Shown piece by piece: positions 28,048 to 45,953 of a stretch of 64,000 nt of DNA (the stretch's first letter is position 1; every line of letters starts with the position of its first letter). Under the pieces are notes generated by a model, which had not been told where the DNA came from, ran no database searches, and was given only the letters and a program-made list of their open reading frames with translations. The stretch comes from the human T2T-CHM13v2.0 reference genome, Homo sapiens, in NCBI RefSeq assembly GCF_009914755.1, contig NC_060932.1. One strand, 5' to 3'. The position numbers were made by a program, and so were the translations under genes.

Positions 28048-28949
28048 TCCTAAATTACTGAACTTAGAAAACAGTAATTGCATCAATCTGCTAGAGTTAT
28101 TGCAAAAATGACATTAGTATAAGTAAATGCCTTAAAAAGCAAATATATATCCAAGCAATTATTTTCTTTTACTTTTGTAAATTATTTTGTAACAGATTAT
28201 AAAATCAGCACTCATTATGAAAAATAGACAATATAGACATTTATTAAAAGTAACATCTCATTTCTAACTCCAATGATATTGTAGTATTTCTACTACAGCA
28301 ATATCATTTATTTATAATTTATACTTTATACTAAAATGGAAATACTATACAAAAATGTTACCTTGCATTATATGGGTATAATTTTTTAAACATATAAAGA
28401 TGCTTAGTGCATCTTTTCTTGTCATTAAAAAGAATACAGTATCACTTTTAATGTTGCTTACTATTCTGTTTGGTTACAAGTTATTTTCTTATTATTAACT
28501 TAGTATTAATTTTTAATTTATAATCATACACAATGATTATAGATCTTCAAGTTTTGTATTACAGTATTTTTCTTAAGATATATTTCTAAAGTTACAATCT
28601 TTTGATCATAACATATTAATATTTTATGTAACTTAAAATAGGCTGTCAAAGTTCTATTCAAAATATGTGCTAATTTACAATCCTGTCAACAGAAGGTTGT
28701 AGTGTTTTTCAGGCTGTACACTCACCAATATTTTAAGTACATCTTTGCTAATTAGAAAGGTGACAAGTAGTAACTTTGTAGTTATAATTATTTCTCCAAA
28801 TTGTAAATTTGAACATCTATTTAGACATTTCTTCTTTTCTAAGTTGTCTGAAATTTATTCCCAGTTTATCTTTTGCTGACTCTGTTTTTCTTACTGAGCT
28901 TATGTAAATCCTTAAGTATTATATTGAGCTTAAATACTAAGGATTTTAA

Positions 28950-29335
<386 letters not shown>

Positions 29336-30659
29336 TGAAAATTATTTTTGAAGATTTTATCTAATTTTAATGTAATTGTAAAATGTGCATAACAAGCAAT
29401 ACAAAATGTATAAGGAAAAAAGAAGTTATTTTCTACTAACTCGTTTCCACATTAACAGCCTCTTGTTCGGTCCGTGGTTTTCATTTTGCTGATACAAAAA
29501 AACAGAAGCATACACACACACGTGAATTGTTGGCTTGTGCAACTTAAATAAAACTGTGCACATATACCTGTAATTTGCCTTTTTTCTCCCTCTCTTAACA
29601 CTTTCATGGACAACCCTGCAGATTTACAGATTATTTAATTCTCTCTATAAATGTACTCATATATATAATTTTTAAATAAAGGGACACTGCATTTCTCTTC
29701 ACTGTGGTTTTATTTTCCTGTTTTCATGTTTGCTTGCCTCCTTCCTATTCTCCTTCTCTTCTTTTCCAGCATCACCTAAACATGGATCTCACATTATTTG
29801 TCTTAAAAACACTTTCATATTTTCTTCTTACTTAGATAATAATTATGTGTCATTGTAGTTTCTAAAAGGATATTGGTGTATATCACGAAAAGTCACTTAA
29901 GTTCACAGTCAGAATAATACCATATTTTAAAATTACTGCATGGCATTATGTAGTAGAAATCAGGTCATCATTTATTAAACCACTTCTCCTATAATGGTGA
30001 TATGTTCATGGACATTCACTTCAGAATTTCTAGAGTTTTGTTGTTCTAAAAAGGTTGAGCAACCTCAACATTTTTATGAAGACCTTTTTGTATATGAGAT
30101 TTTATCTATGAAATATATTTGTTGAAGTGGTATTTCTGAGTGAAAGGATACACATTTAATATATTATAATATGTTTTGCTTTTAAAGAGGCATATCTGGG
30201 AAGATTTCCACTGAGTCTGTAAAAATTCCCTCTTGACATCAGCAGTAGTAATTATTGCCCTTTTTCCCCCAGTTTGATGGTTATACATTGACATCTTGTT
30301 ATGACTTGTCTTGGCTTTTCTCTGTTTGAGTACCTTTTCATAATTTTGTCAGTGTTTTAAATGTCTTCTCCATGAATTGCCTATTTCTCCATTAGAATAT
30401 TTGCCTCTCATTAATATGAAGACTTCTATATATATACATTGTATTATGCATATGTATTTCAAATCTTAACATTTTTATCAACCATGATATAATTTACTAA
30501 TTTTGTCTTCTTTAATATTCATTTGTTGATTTTGTTTCATCTGTTGCCTGCTCTACAAAAGTTTTTGTTTTTAATTTTAATATCTTTAAATATGCCAATG
30601 TTTCTTTGTTGCTGAAATTCTCTCTAGTTTCTTTTAAGGTCATAGATTTTAAAAAAATC

Positions 30660-30830
30660 TTTTACTTATTCAATTTTTTCAGAGACAAGGTCTCCCTCTG
30701 TTGCCTAGGCTGCAGTGCAGTGGCATGATCATACCTCACCGCAGCCTCAAATTTCTGGGCTCAAGTAGTACTCTTGCCTCCGCTTCCAGAGTGGCTAGGA
30801 TTACAGGTGTGCATCAGCAGGCCCAGCTAA
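30660..30830 (-). mobile_element. Alu right monomer (FRAM or truncated AluJ)
   Basis: gagacaaggtctccctctgttgcctaggctgcagtgcagtgg; TSD tcatagatttt (30640-30650, 30835-30845). Confidence 0.88.
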
Positions 30831-31324
30831 GGAATCATAGATTTTGAATGCAGTACCCATGTCCCTTAAGAATTTTTAAAACACAGATCAATCTCTATTA
30901 TATATGGATTTAATTTTTGATACAGGTTTGATAAGGGGTCCAAATTTTATTTTCTCTGGAAGAAAGTCTGCTGTGCCAGTATTATTTATAAATTAATTTA
31001 TATTTTGTCTCTGAATCCAATTAGGTCCTTGGTCATGTATTAATTTTTTATTTTTATATTTCAGATATAAAAATTTATATAGAATGAATATATAATTTAC
31101 AATATAAAAGTTATATAAAAATGTGAACATTAATATTTTATTTTTATATTTTGGATCTGTTTCAAATTGATGTACTCTAAAAATACTTATGTCATAATCA
31201 TAATTATTTTGTGTTGATTTAAGGACAGGTGCCCTATAATACTTCCTAATGTCTGGTGAGTCATGTGCTTTATTAGACTACTTTTTCATACTCTTATTTG
31301 TTCTTTAAAATTTACTCCATTCTT

Positions 31325-34687
<3,363 letters not shown>

Positions 34688-35094
34688 TTATAACCATTTA
34701 AGTAACAATTTTCAAATGAATTTGAGTTATATCATCAAAGGATACTGTACAGCTTTATATTAACTCAAATAATTTTATACTTTGATAAGTTTTTATTATT
34801 TTCTTTGTATAGGTCAGAGATCTATCTTATTAGCTTTGTTCTTACTTTTTTGTTTCGTTTTTTATTGTGGTAAGACACACATAAAATTTACCACCTTAGT
34901 TATTTGTAAGTGTGTAGTTCAGTTGTGTTAAGTATATTCACATTGATTTATATTTTTGTTACTTTTAAATAAATAATATTTTTCCTATTTACATGTGATG
35001 ATTACTGTAAAAATAAAACAGCTATTGATGCTTTCCATTTATCTTATGTTATGAATTAAATTGTACCCCTCAAAATTCATATGTTGAAGTGGTA

Positions 35095-36715
35095 TTATAC
35101 TAAAATTAGAGATATTAAAACAAATTCATGTTCATATCAATATATACACACAGATAAATATATATATGGATACATCAGTTAGCGTGCAGTCACATATTTT
35201 CTTTTTTTTTTTTTCTGAGATGGAGTCTTGCTCTGTCTCCTAGGCTGGGGTACAGTGGCACAGTCTCAGCTTACTGTTCAACCTCCACCTCCCGGGTTTA
35301 AGCAATTATCCTACCTCAGCCTTCCAAGCCTACGATTACAGGCGTCCGCCACCACCCCCAGCTAATTTTTGTATTTTCAGTAGAGACGGGGTTTTGCCAT
35401 GTTGACTAGGTTGGTCTTGAGCTCCTGATCTCAAGTAATCTATCCGATTCAGCTTCCTAAAGTGCTGGGATTATAGGCATGAGTCACCACGCCCACCCCA
35501 CATATTTTCTGTCTCTTTTTACTGAGATGTAGAAACAGTGACACCCCAGTAGTAATGAGCATATCTCGTGCCCAGAACTCCTTGGAGAAACAGATTATTC
35601 TTGGCTTGGGACAAGGCAAATATAAGATGAGCCTGGTGCATCTTGTAGCAGCAGAAAGTGCTGCTGCTTACACTTACATGCAATGACTGTAGCTGGAATG
35701 ATCTTAGCAACAAAGTACAAAAAGCTAGTACTGGATTAAAACTCAAAGAATAAAATAAATTCCCATAAGTACATACCAAAATAAACAGACAATTGTGCAA
35801 ACAAATAAGTGGAGGAGCAGGAACAAATTTTTCTTACAAAAGATTTCAAATTAATAAATGTAGAAACAATGAGAAAAATAAAGTCAGGATTAGAACACCA
35901 GTTATAATTGCCCAAGGCAAGATCCACCAGTGAGTGCTAAAACTACTGGATAAAACTTTAAAAGGAAACACAATTGTTGTTTAGCCCACAAATATTGCCC
36001 CAAACTATTAATTATCATGACAATTTTATCACTTGTTTACCAATTCTTGATGCACTTCTTCCTGTAGAGGGAGCTTACTTCCTCACCCTGAGTGTAAACT
36101 GGACTTAGTGACACACTTTTAACAAGGAGGTTGTGGAAGGGGAAAAATAATGACTTTACAGTGGCGAAACTAGGTACACACCACCTTAACCAAGTGATCA
36201 GGATAATGTCATCAGTGATAAATCATGTGGATATCATAAACCTCTGGATATGATTTGATGAGAAGGGCACTTCAACTCTGTGGTATTCTTTCTAAAATTT
36301 ATTAAGTCCAACCTGAACAAGAGAGCACATCAGACAAACCAAAATTGAAGGTCATTCTATAAAATACATCACCAGTATTCCTTAAAGTGTCAAAGTCATG
36401 AAGACAGGAAAAGTCTGAGAAACGATCACAGATTGGTGGAGTATTTAGTACATGATGCCTAAATGCAGCATAGTATTCTGGACTGGATCCTGGAACAGGA
36501 AATGGACGTATATTGAAAGCATGAAAAAACTGCAAATAAAAACTCTAATTTTGTTAATAGTATTGTGGCAATATAATTTTAGCTTTGATAAATATATTAT
36601 GTTTATGTAAGATGTTAACATTATAGGAATCTAGGAGAAAAGTATACATGAACTATATTCTACCTTTGTAAGTCATTTGTAAATTTGAAATTATTTTTAA
36701 ATAAAAATAATTTTT
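35095..36715 (+). mobile_element. L1MC-type 3' end, split by an Alu
   Basis: gacaccccagtagtaatgagc, accttaaccaagtgatca, tggactggatcctggaacag, terminal aaataaaaa. Confidence 0.75.
35203..35498 (-). mobile_element. Alu SINE (AluSx/Sz-like)
   Basis: Full dimer; TSD cacatattttct (35191-35202, 35499-35510). Confidence 0.95.
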
Positions 36716-36749
36716 AAGTGGGTATCCAAAGAGATATTAGGTGAATGCA

Positions 36750-36830
36750 AAAGAAAAAAAAAGAGAGAAGAAAGTAATGACAGAAGGAAAGGAAGGAAGG
36801 AAGAAGGAAGGAAGGGAGGGAGGAAGGAAA
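36750..36830. repeat. Purine-rich (GGAA)n-like simple repeat
   Basis: Direct reading. Confidence 0.85.
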
Positions 36831-38208
36831 ATGACAATGTGAAAATCAGATTAAATATATGACTAAGTACTCCAAAGAGAAAAAAGAAGAAATTATACCA
36901 GTAAACACAGCAATATAATTGAAGAGTGTAAAATGCATTTAAACCTGTATGCATAAAACCACATCACAACTAAAAATGTAAGTTTTAAAGCTAATAGAAA
37001 TACAGGCAGAATGTAACAGGTTACCTTCTGGTAACTCAGTAGTGTGAAAATTTATTTCCAAGAAACAGATGAGGTTTGAAAGAAAAAAGAAAAATTAAAA
37101 TCATATTGTTTTTCCTCAGGCAGCCCCACAGACATAAGATTATTTTCTATCAGGCTTTGTGCATTTTCCTAGGAAACAGCTGCTCTGATTTTGGAGGCAG
37201 TTGTGGTCAACAAGGGTTGTGTGAGGTTCTTGTGACCTCCTGACTCTGGGAATCAATGTGCAGTTGAGGGGTATTGGGGGCTCCCTGACCTTTGTTCTTC
37301 CAGCCTTTCTAATAGTTGTATCAGTATCCAGTTCACCTTATTCAATCTCTCCCTGCTTGAAGTAATTGACGTGTTTTGTTTTCTGAATAAAGCTGCGAGA
37401 TACAGAGATCTTCATAAAAATAAAATGACATTGGTAGATTTCAAAACACCTCTCTCGGAATTGTCAGATATAACTTTAAGAAAAAGAAAAAAAGAAAGAA
37501 AATAGATAAACTGAATAAAAGTGTTGACAAATTCAGCTTAATAGGTATATAGAAAATTTATATAACTTGAAATTATATTTCTGGAAGCACATAAAAATAT
37601 CAATCTCATAACTAACAAATGTATATCAACAACTATTTAGAAGTAGGGATTTTATAAACTAAAACACTTTCACCATGATAACCCTTGGCTGAAAGCATAA
37701 ATTAGATAATCAATTATGAAATATCTTTGAAAATAATTTTAAAGATAAATTTATGTCAAATCTAAAGGACCCAGAAATACTTTACTCAGAAAACAAGTAA
37801 AAACCATAGACACCTTCAGAAGAAAATACATTAGTACTTAACTTAGGAAACTGAGAAACAAACAAAAAAGTACAAAATTAATAATAATATTAATTATATA
37901 TAATAAACAGAAGTCCTAAAGTTAGTGGATGAGAAACAAAGGAAAAAAGTAGGAACAATAAGTAAATTCAAAAGTTTATCTTAGAAAATAAGTTTTTTAA
38001 AATTAAACCTTTTGTGAAAAAAAAAGTTTAGCTAGAAGAATGAATAGCCAAACATACATTAGAGCATTAAAGAATTATAAAAACAATGCTTTTCTTTGGC
38101 AGTAATTTCATTGGTTTTATGTCAAACAGATTTTATTTTTTTCCATTGGAAGATCAGGTTGATCATCACGTATTTTTTTTAGTTTTTAAAATCTGTCTAT
38201 ATTGTATA

Positions 38209-39767
38209 TAAGGCACTTCAAAAAGTCTGTGAAAATGGAATTAAAAGATAAAAATTAAAAATATAAACTATGTTTTTCAACATAAGCTCCATGAAGTTCA
38301 AGACACTTTTGGAAGTGATGATACCAGCCATTTAGTCCATCCCTAAGGAACTGAGGGTGCTGGGAATTTAGTCATGTCAAAGCATCCTTGTTTTGCATTA
38401 TTAACTGAAGAAAAATGGGTGCTTTTTAAAGATTTTTTAAGATTAGGAGCAAAAAGAAGTAAGAAGGAGCTAAATCAGGACTGTAAGCTGCATACGTAAT
38501 GATTTCCTATCAAATCTCTCACAAAGTTGCCCCTGTTTGATGAAAGGAATGAGTAGGAGCATTGTTATGGTGGAGAAAGACTCTATGGTGAAGATTTCTG
38601 GGTGTTTTTATCCTAAAGCTTTGGCTAATTTTCTCAAAACACTCTCATAATAAGCAGATGTTGTTGTTCTTTGCCCTCCAAAAATTAACAAGCAAAATGC
38701 CTTAAGTATCGGGAAACAAATAAAAATAAAAACTGTTGCCATGACCTTTGCTCTTGGCTGGTCCAATTTTGCTTTGGCTGGACCACTTCTACCTCTTGGT
38801 AGCCATTGCTTTGATTGTGCTTTGTCTTCAGGATGGTATGGTAAGGCCATGTTTCTTTCTTGTTACAGTTCTTTTAAGAAATGCTTCAGGTTCTTGATCT
38901 CACTTGGTTAAAATTTCCATTGAAAGCTCTGTTCTTGTCTGCAGTTGATATGGGCACAATAGTTTTGGCATCTATTGAGTGGAAAGTTTGCTGAACTTTA
39001 ATTTTTCAGTCAAAAGTGTGTAAGTAGGAGTTTGAAACCAGCCTGGCCAACATGGCAAAACCCCATCTCTACTAAAAATACAGAAATTAGCCAGGCATGG
39101 TGGTGGTCACCTGTAATCCTAGCTACTCAGGAGGCTGAGGCCAGAGAATGACTTGAACCTGGGAGGTTGAGGTTGCAGTGAGCCAAGATCACACCATTAC
39201 CACTGCTTTCCAGACTGGGTGACAGAACGAGACTCCATCTCAAAAAAAAAAAAAAAAAAGAAAAAAGGAAAAAAAAAGGAGAAACAGTTGAGAAGTCTAT
39301 GGTGTTGGCTATTGCTTTTGCTGTTGTCAGTTGTCTTCCATGTGGGCACAAACAAGACTAATTTTTTTTCTCACAGATTGATGTCAATGGTCTGCCACTG
39401 AGAGCTTCATCTTCAACATCATCTCATCTTTTCTTAAAACAAGTTATCCATTTGTATACTACTGATTTCTTTGGAGTATTGTCCTTAGAAACTTTTGGTA
39501 AAGCATCAATAATTTCACCATTCTTCCACCCACACTCTGCCATAAATTTAATGTTTGTTCTTGCTTTAATTTTAGCAGAATGCATGTTGATGTTACAGAG
39601 ACTTTTTTCAAACTGATGTCTTATTCTTCTCAGTGTCTCAGACTAGATCCTGTTCAGACATATTAAAGCAGGTTAGTACAAATTTATATTGGGTTTACAG
39701 AACCGTTGAAATCCATGCATCGTTTTTTCATAATATGCATTTCCATGAAGTTTTGGAAGACCTCTCT

Positions 39768-39771
<4 letters not shown>
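38209..39771 (-). mobile_element. Full-length HSMAR2 mariner DNA transposon, transposase decayed
   Basis: TIRs cacttcaaaaagtctgtgaaaatg and catttccatgaagttttggaagacc; peptide YHPEDKAQSKQWLPRG..AKVMATVF in ORF 38608-38850; ~1.3 kb without the Alu; TA at the left end. Confidence 0.92.
39026..39280 (+). mobile_element. 5'-truncated AluS inside HSMAR2
   Basis: aggagtttgaaaccagcctggccaacatgg...gagactccatctc followed by a long A tail. Confidence 0.93.

Positions 39772-39815
<44 letters not shown>
39771..39815. repeat. (GT)n microsatellite at the HSMAR2 terminus
   Basis: Direct reading. Confidence 0.97.
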
Positions 39816-39817
<2 letters not shown>

Positions 39818-41870
39818 TATCTCTAACTCCTGAGCTATTTAAAATACATTTCCTTATGTGTGCAGTGGAGATGGTTATTTGTGTGCCTGAATCCATTCTC
39901 TCATTGTGTTGTAATGGAGTTGTAAGTGACACACAGTTGTTCGATGAGAGAATCCATTTCCAAGCATGCATTTAGATCTGTTCATGTTACGATGTCATCA
40001 CGGATGAAAGGTAGATGGAAGTGATGGGTATCATATTCAAATTTTCTATACCTGTAGGTCTGCACTCCTCTTCATGTATGCTTCCTATAAGCTGGAACCA
40101 GGATGTACAGTATTTGCAATCCAAGTTTCAACCAATCAAATGAGAACAACATCTCAGGCAATGGACAATGGAAAAACTTTAGGTCCCTGATTCTGTACCC
40201 ACAGCTTAAAAAAAATGTTACAATGGAGAGTTATTTGTTAACAGTAATTTATTATTTACTCCAACTACTATGTTATATAAATTTAACTATTTTTTCCACA
40301 ATAGTCAAATAGATTTCTGAACTGTATAAATTCAATTTTCTTTGTTTGAATTTCCAGCTTTTATATACACAAATTTTATATATTCTAATTTCTTTTTCTG
40401 AATTAACTATGCTACTCTGATCTGTCCCATTTACTTTTGTTTGCTTAGACACAAGAAAAAAAATGTGATCAAAGAGTCAGAAAATCTTAGAGCTTAGTGG
40501 AACTCAGTGGCCATTTGCTCCATCATTTCCCAGCTGTTAAAAAAAATAATGTTCTGTAAGATGTGAATAGATTTTTCTAAAAATGAAGAGTAAATCAAAG
40601 AGTTTCCATGGCTAATTAAGTTTGGGAAGTCCTGTATACTTTTTTTCTCTCTTGAACGTTTACAGAATATATTAGGATATCAAAGGCTTTGTGAAATCCT
40701 GCAGTAACTAAGAATTTCTCAAACATATATAATCATTATATTCATTTCAAATGGGACACTTTCAGTTACTTGAGAGGGCCTAGCATTTCACCAACATTGA
40801 AAACAAAAATAGGAGCTATGTACCACCCCACATAGCATCTTTTGTATCATATCTAGCTCCAACTCAGAGATGTCTAATAACGAGGCACTCCATGAGCTTT
40901 CCTTTTTCATTCCTGAATTATCCTAATTGTTGGAGGTGCCTTTATAATGGGCTATAAAACATAAGAAATACAAGATCAATGGTATTGGCAAATTATGAAG
41001 TTTCTCACATAAACATAATCCCTCTTAGATGGTCAATATGCTTATTGTTTAGATGGCAGAGAGTGAGTGACAAAATAGAGGTAAAATATTAACATTTCTC
41101 AGAATCTGTGGTCTAAGATGCTCAGTCACATGCCGACTAAAAAATTGTAGGTCCTGAATATGTTCCTATAGGACACACTAGCAGTGGCAGCGAATAGTGC
41201 TCATTTACTTGACGGTTAGGATGTCTGTGTCCACTGAGGATCTCTGTCTACTTTGTTTCCTCATCCCATACCCAGTAGTCTCTCTTTTCCATATCATTTT
41301 ATAATGTGTTATTTTATCCAATCCTCAAAACTATTTGTACTCAGAAGTAATGTGTTTTGTTCTGAATATTCGACCTCTCCTCATTGTGAATTTGATGCTC
41401 CAAAATTGAAGCATCTGAAATTCAGAAGCTTTTGCTCAAAATTGTTTTTCTTATTTTTTAAAACCTATCAGAAGCCCTAAAGCTGACCACTCACTACTCT
41501 ATTTTGCTGTTTTTCCTCTATCACCCCTTTTCTGGAATATACCATCAAATACCCTAAATGCTGTCTGAGTAGAAAGAAGGGTAACATCACAGAACAGCAG
41601 ATGGATGTGTGTGGATGGGAGCACACTATGCTGGCCAGTGTCTCAAAATATTATATTTTCTCATACGTCTTGTATATAACTTGCACGAAGTACTTTAAAT
41701 ATGACTTCTGAAGTAACAAAAGATTACTTTATTTCTCCCATTGTCACTTTTTTGTGATGATAATTGAGGACAGTTAGCATTTTCTATCAAATCATCTTTC
41801 CTCCAGATCATCCATCCTTTTAATTATTCTTGATAGGTGATAATTTCCAAATTCTCTATCACTTTCCTGA

Positions 41871-42190
<320 letters not shown>

Positions 42191-42257
42191 GTTACATGTA
42201 CCTTTTTATAACACATGCTTCAGTAGATCTCATGCTCAGCAAAAACATGACTTTTCT

Positions 42258-43000
42258 GAGGGAACTTTTATACACTGTAAGTGGGAGTGCAAAATTAGTA
42301 CAGCCATTTTGGGAAACAGTATAGAGGTTTCTCAAAAAACTAAAAATAGAGCTGCCATACAAGCCAGCAATCTCGCAACTGAGAATTTTTTCAAAGGAAG
42401 GAAATTAGTGTATCAAAGTGATATCTTCACCCCCATATTTATTGAAGCACTATTCACAATAGCCAAGATATGGAATCAACCTAAGTATCCATCAGTAGAA
42501 AATGTGGTGTGTATACACAATGGAATACTATTCAGACATAAAGAAAGAATAAAATCCTGCAATTTACAGCAACATGGATGGAGCTGGAGGCTGTTAAGTA
42601 AAATAAGCCAGGCACAGAAAGACAAATATTACATGTTCTCACTCATATGTGACAGCAAAACATTTAATATCATGAAGGTAGACAGTAGAATGTTGGATAT
42701 GAGAGACTGGGAAGGGTGCCTTTGCATGAAGGGGATGAAGAAAGGTTAGTTAATAAGAACAAACATAAAATTAGCAGAGGAAATTAGTTCTGATGTTCGA
42801 TAGCACAGTAGGATGACAATATTATATTGTATATTTCACAATAGCAAGAAGATTTGAAATGTTCTCAAGACAAAGAAATAAATGTATAAGGTGATGGGTA
42901 TACTAATTTTCCTGATTTGATCATTACACGTTGCATGCTTGTTCCAAAATATTACATGTACTCCATAAGTATGTACAAATATTATGTATCTATTAAAAAA
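42258..43000 (+). mobile_element. L1MA-type 3' fragment
   Basis: FIEALFTIAKIWNQPKYPS and KISQAQKDKYYMFSLI in ORF 42171-42749; L1MA-like 3' UTR and A tail. Confidence 0.88.
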
Positions 43001-43302
43001 CCCATACACTTTCCTATAGAAATAATGTTGAAAAGTTACTAAGAAGGTTCTTTGGACCATGTATTTTATCATTAAATTAGTTTTGGCCACGAATGTTTTT
43101 TTCTTTAGATATGCCTCATGATTTCCAGACAATTGTCTTTTAAAATACACATACTGTCGTGGCAGGCATAACATAAAAGTTTTAAATAATTTACTATGGA
43201 AAAGATTTTCAGACCTTTTATCTTTTTCTTTTTTTTTAAATGCAGAAACGTTAACACTTGTTAGTCAGCAAGAAGAAAGAGTAAGTATGCTGATAAGAGA
43301 GG

Positions 43303-43820
43303 ATTTCAGTTTTCTATGACAGATGTAATAAATTACCACAAAGTTAGGCAGCTTTTAACAATGAAAATTTATTATTTCACAGTTCTGTAGGTCAGAAGTT
43401 TGGCATGGATCTTACAGGACTAAAATCAAGTTGTTAGATGGGCTGTGTTTCTTACTGAAGGTTCTATGGGATAAACTAGTTCTTTGCTCATTCAGTTTCT
43501 TGCAGCTATAGAACTGAGGTCTTTTTTATTTTTTATTTTTTTTGCTGGCTGAGCTATTGGCCACCTGGTGGAGGCTGCCCACATGTCTTGGCTCAGGGAC
43601 CTCTTCCTTCATCTTCAAAGTCAATAACTCCTGAGTCAAGACTTTGAGTCTTGACTTTGAGTCAAGAGTAAGAGGAACTCAGGCAGGCACAGTTCCTCTC
43701 ACTCTTCAAACTTCTCCTGCCTCTTCTTTCATCACATCATTCTGACCAACCCTTTTGCTTTCTTTCCAGTTTTCAAGGTTCATGTGATTAAATTGGGCCT
43801 ATTCAGACAATCCAGGATAA
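43303..43820 (-). mobile_element. MaLR LTR (MLT1D/E-like), partial
   Basis: taaattaccacaaa, cacagttctgtaggtcagaagt, attgggcctattcagacaatccaggataa. Confidence 0.75.
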
Positions 43821-44019
43821 CTAGAATATATTTTCCAAAGGCAATATCTGCCGCAACTCAAGGTGTGTTAACTCTAGATCTACGATGTCATCTGAAGAAG
43901 TTTTTCATATAATTTCAATAATGCTATCCCAATGTTTATGTTTTTATTTGTTTTGTTCAGAGTAAAGGTGAATAAAACATAAGATATGCTTTATATGTCC
44001 ATATCCAAGGCAGACAAAA

Positions 44020-44410
44020 TGCTATATCTTCACCAAATTTTTTCATTTCTTCCTATATAGACAGAAACACTACATTTTTTAGCCTCCTGTTTCTGGATTG
44101 GGCCGTATGACTATTGTTGCCCAATAGCATATTGGTTAATATAATGTGTGCCACTTCTAGACTTGGCCAATTCAAAAATTAAACCTTTCATAATAATGTT
44201 TTTCTTTCTTCCTCTTTTGTTGTATCTAGAGAGAAATGTGTTGAGGATGGTGTCATTACAGTTATAAAAAGGTGTGAGTCCCTGAATAACTAAATGAAAC
44301 ATATCATCCTTCCAGCCCCACCCATGTAGGGATGTTATGCGAGCAAGAAATACACTTTATTGTGTTAAGCCTCTGAGATTTTGGGATACTTTATTATATT
44401 TATTAGCCCA
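44020..44410 (+). mobile_element. Old MaLR LTR (MLT1H/I/J-like)
   Basis: gagcaagaaatacactttattgtgttaagcctctgagattttggg. Confidence 0.6.
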
Positions 44411-44599
44411 CCTTTGTATCTGTCAAATGCTCACTGAGCATTTACTTTCTCAAAAGCTTTAATTTAAAACTATCAAATATAAGAAACAGAAAGAAATTTA
44501 CATCAATGGTCCCAGCCTTGGTTGCATAAGAAATATTTGGAGGAAGTTTTAAATATATTTATGTAGCTAATGAATCAAAATTTCAATGCTTTTAAGGAT

Positions 44600-44770
44600 A
44601 TCAAGGATATCAGGTAGAACTTTCATTTTGTCCAGATGAGAAATCTAAGATTGAAGCTCCTTTGAAGCATCTTAAATAGTTGCTTCACATAATGACAGTA
44701 GCACAGTCAGCACCAGGACACACATTTCTCAATTCTCAGCCCAGTGATATTTTATTTCTTCCATACTGTA
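44600..44770 (-). mobile_element. MIR fragment
   Basis: cattttgtccagatgagaaatctaag resembles the MIR core. Confidence 0.4.
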
Positions 44771-45523
44771 ATTGTCAATTTAACTCATGAGAATTAATGG
44801 AATGAGAATTGAGATGATATGTAAATTAAGTAATTAGAAGCAAAAATATTTTCATGTTTCCAGAATTATCTATAAATTAAATTCTAACTCCCCAATTTTA
44901 TAGCACCTCTACCTCAATCCATCTTTGCAAACATGAATGTCTACAATTAGAGAATTTCATGTCATGTAACGTATTGTGTGGGATATAAACTACCTTAACT
45001 ATAAATGAGCTTAATTTGTTAAAAGTCCCAATTTCAACTCATGACATTTTGTAAGTAATTCTTTTTCCTTAAACACTCTTCACTCTACACCCACACCATT
45101 AAAATTTTGCTTACCCATGGGAATTCTATCAAATAGTTGAAAGGCAGGGACGGAAAAGAAACTTTTTTACTTTTTTACATTTGAGTTAATTAGAAACTGA
45201 AAAATGTAGACTGTTGTAGAATTGCTATTGAGTAAGTGAGAAGACTCTGTTGATGGCAACTGAGGAAAGAGCCAGCACAGCATCCAAGTCCAACCCACCT
45301 GCTCCCACCAGGAATGTCCATTATAGATGTATATCCATTATAGATATATATCCACATATATCCATTATATATCCATATATATATATTTGACAGTAATTCC
45401 AAGTAAAATATAAACTTTGTTTCCAATAATAGACGTTGTTCCTGTAAAAGAATTTTTATCCTTTACCAATCATGTGTAACTCATCACCTCGAAATAAATT
45501 GAGACTGTTTAAAGCAACTCAAA

Positions 45524-45953
45524 TTTTTACTCTTTTTTCTATAAACTTCTCTTCTCGCTTTATTTCATTCATTTGATCTTTAATCACTGATACCCTTTCT
45601 TCCATTTGATCAAATCTGCTACTGAAGCTTGTGCATGTGTCACGTAGTTCTCGTGCCATGGTTTTCAGCTCCATTAGGTCATTTAAGGACTTCTCTACAC
45701 TGTTTATTCTAGTTAGCCATTCATCTACTCTTTTTTCAAGGTTTTTAGCTTCTTTGCGATGGGCTCGAACATCCTCCTTTAGCTCAGAGAAGTTTGTTAT
45801 TACCGATAGTCTGAAGCCTTCTTCTTTCGACTCATCAAAGTCATTCTCTGTCCAGCTTTGATCCATTGCTGGCAAGGAGCTGTGATCCTTTGGAGGAGAA
45901 GAGGCACTCTGATTTTAAGAATTTTCAGCTTTTCTGCTCTGGTTTCTCCCCAT
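45524..45953 (-). pseudogene. L1 ORF1 N-terminal part (inverted, early stop)
   Basis: MGRNQSRKAENS then TAA; coiled-coil residues EAKNLEKRVDEWLTRI..LMELKTMAREL in ORF 45519-45875. Confidence 0.92.

Noticed and set aside
40480-40800. Possible hAT/MER DNA transposon relic; also possible old LTRs at ~37100-37400, ~39860-40110 and ~56700-57110
   Set aside because: Too degenerate to assign by eye
45320-45388. atatccattata-type repeats, and a similar short duplication near 31040-31155
   Set aside because: Low-complexity AT slippage products
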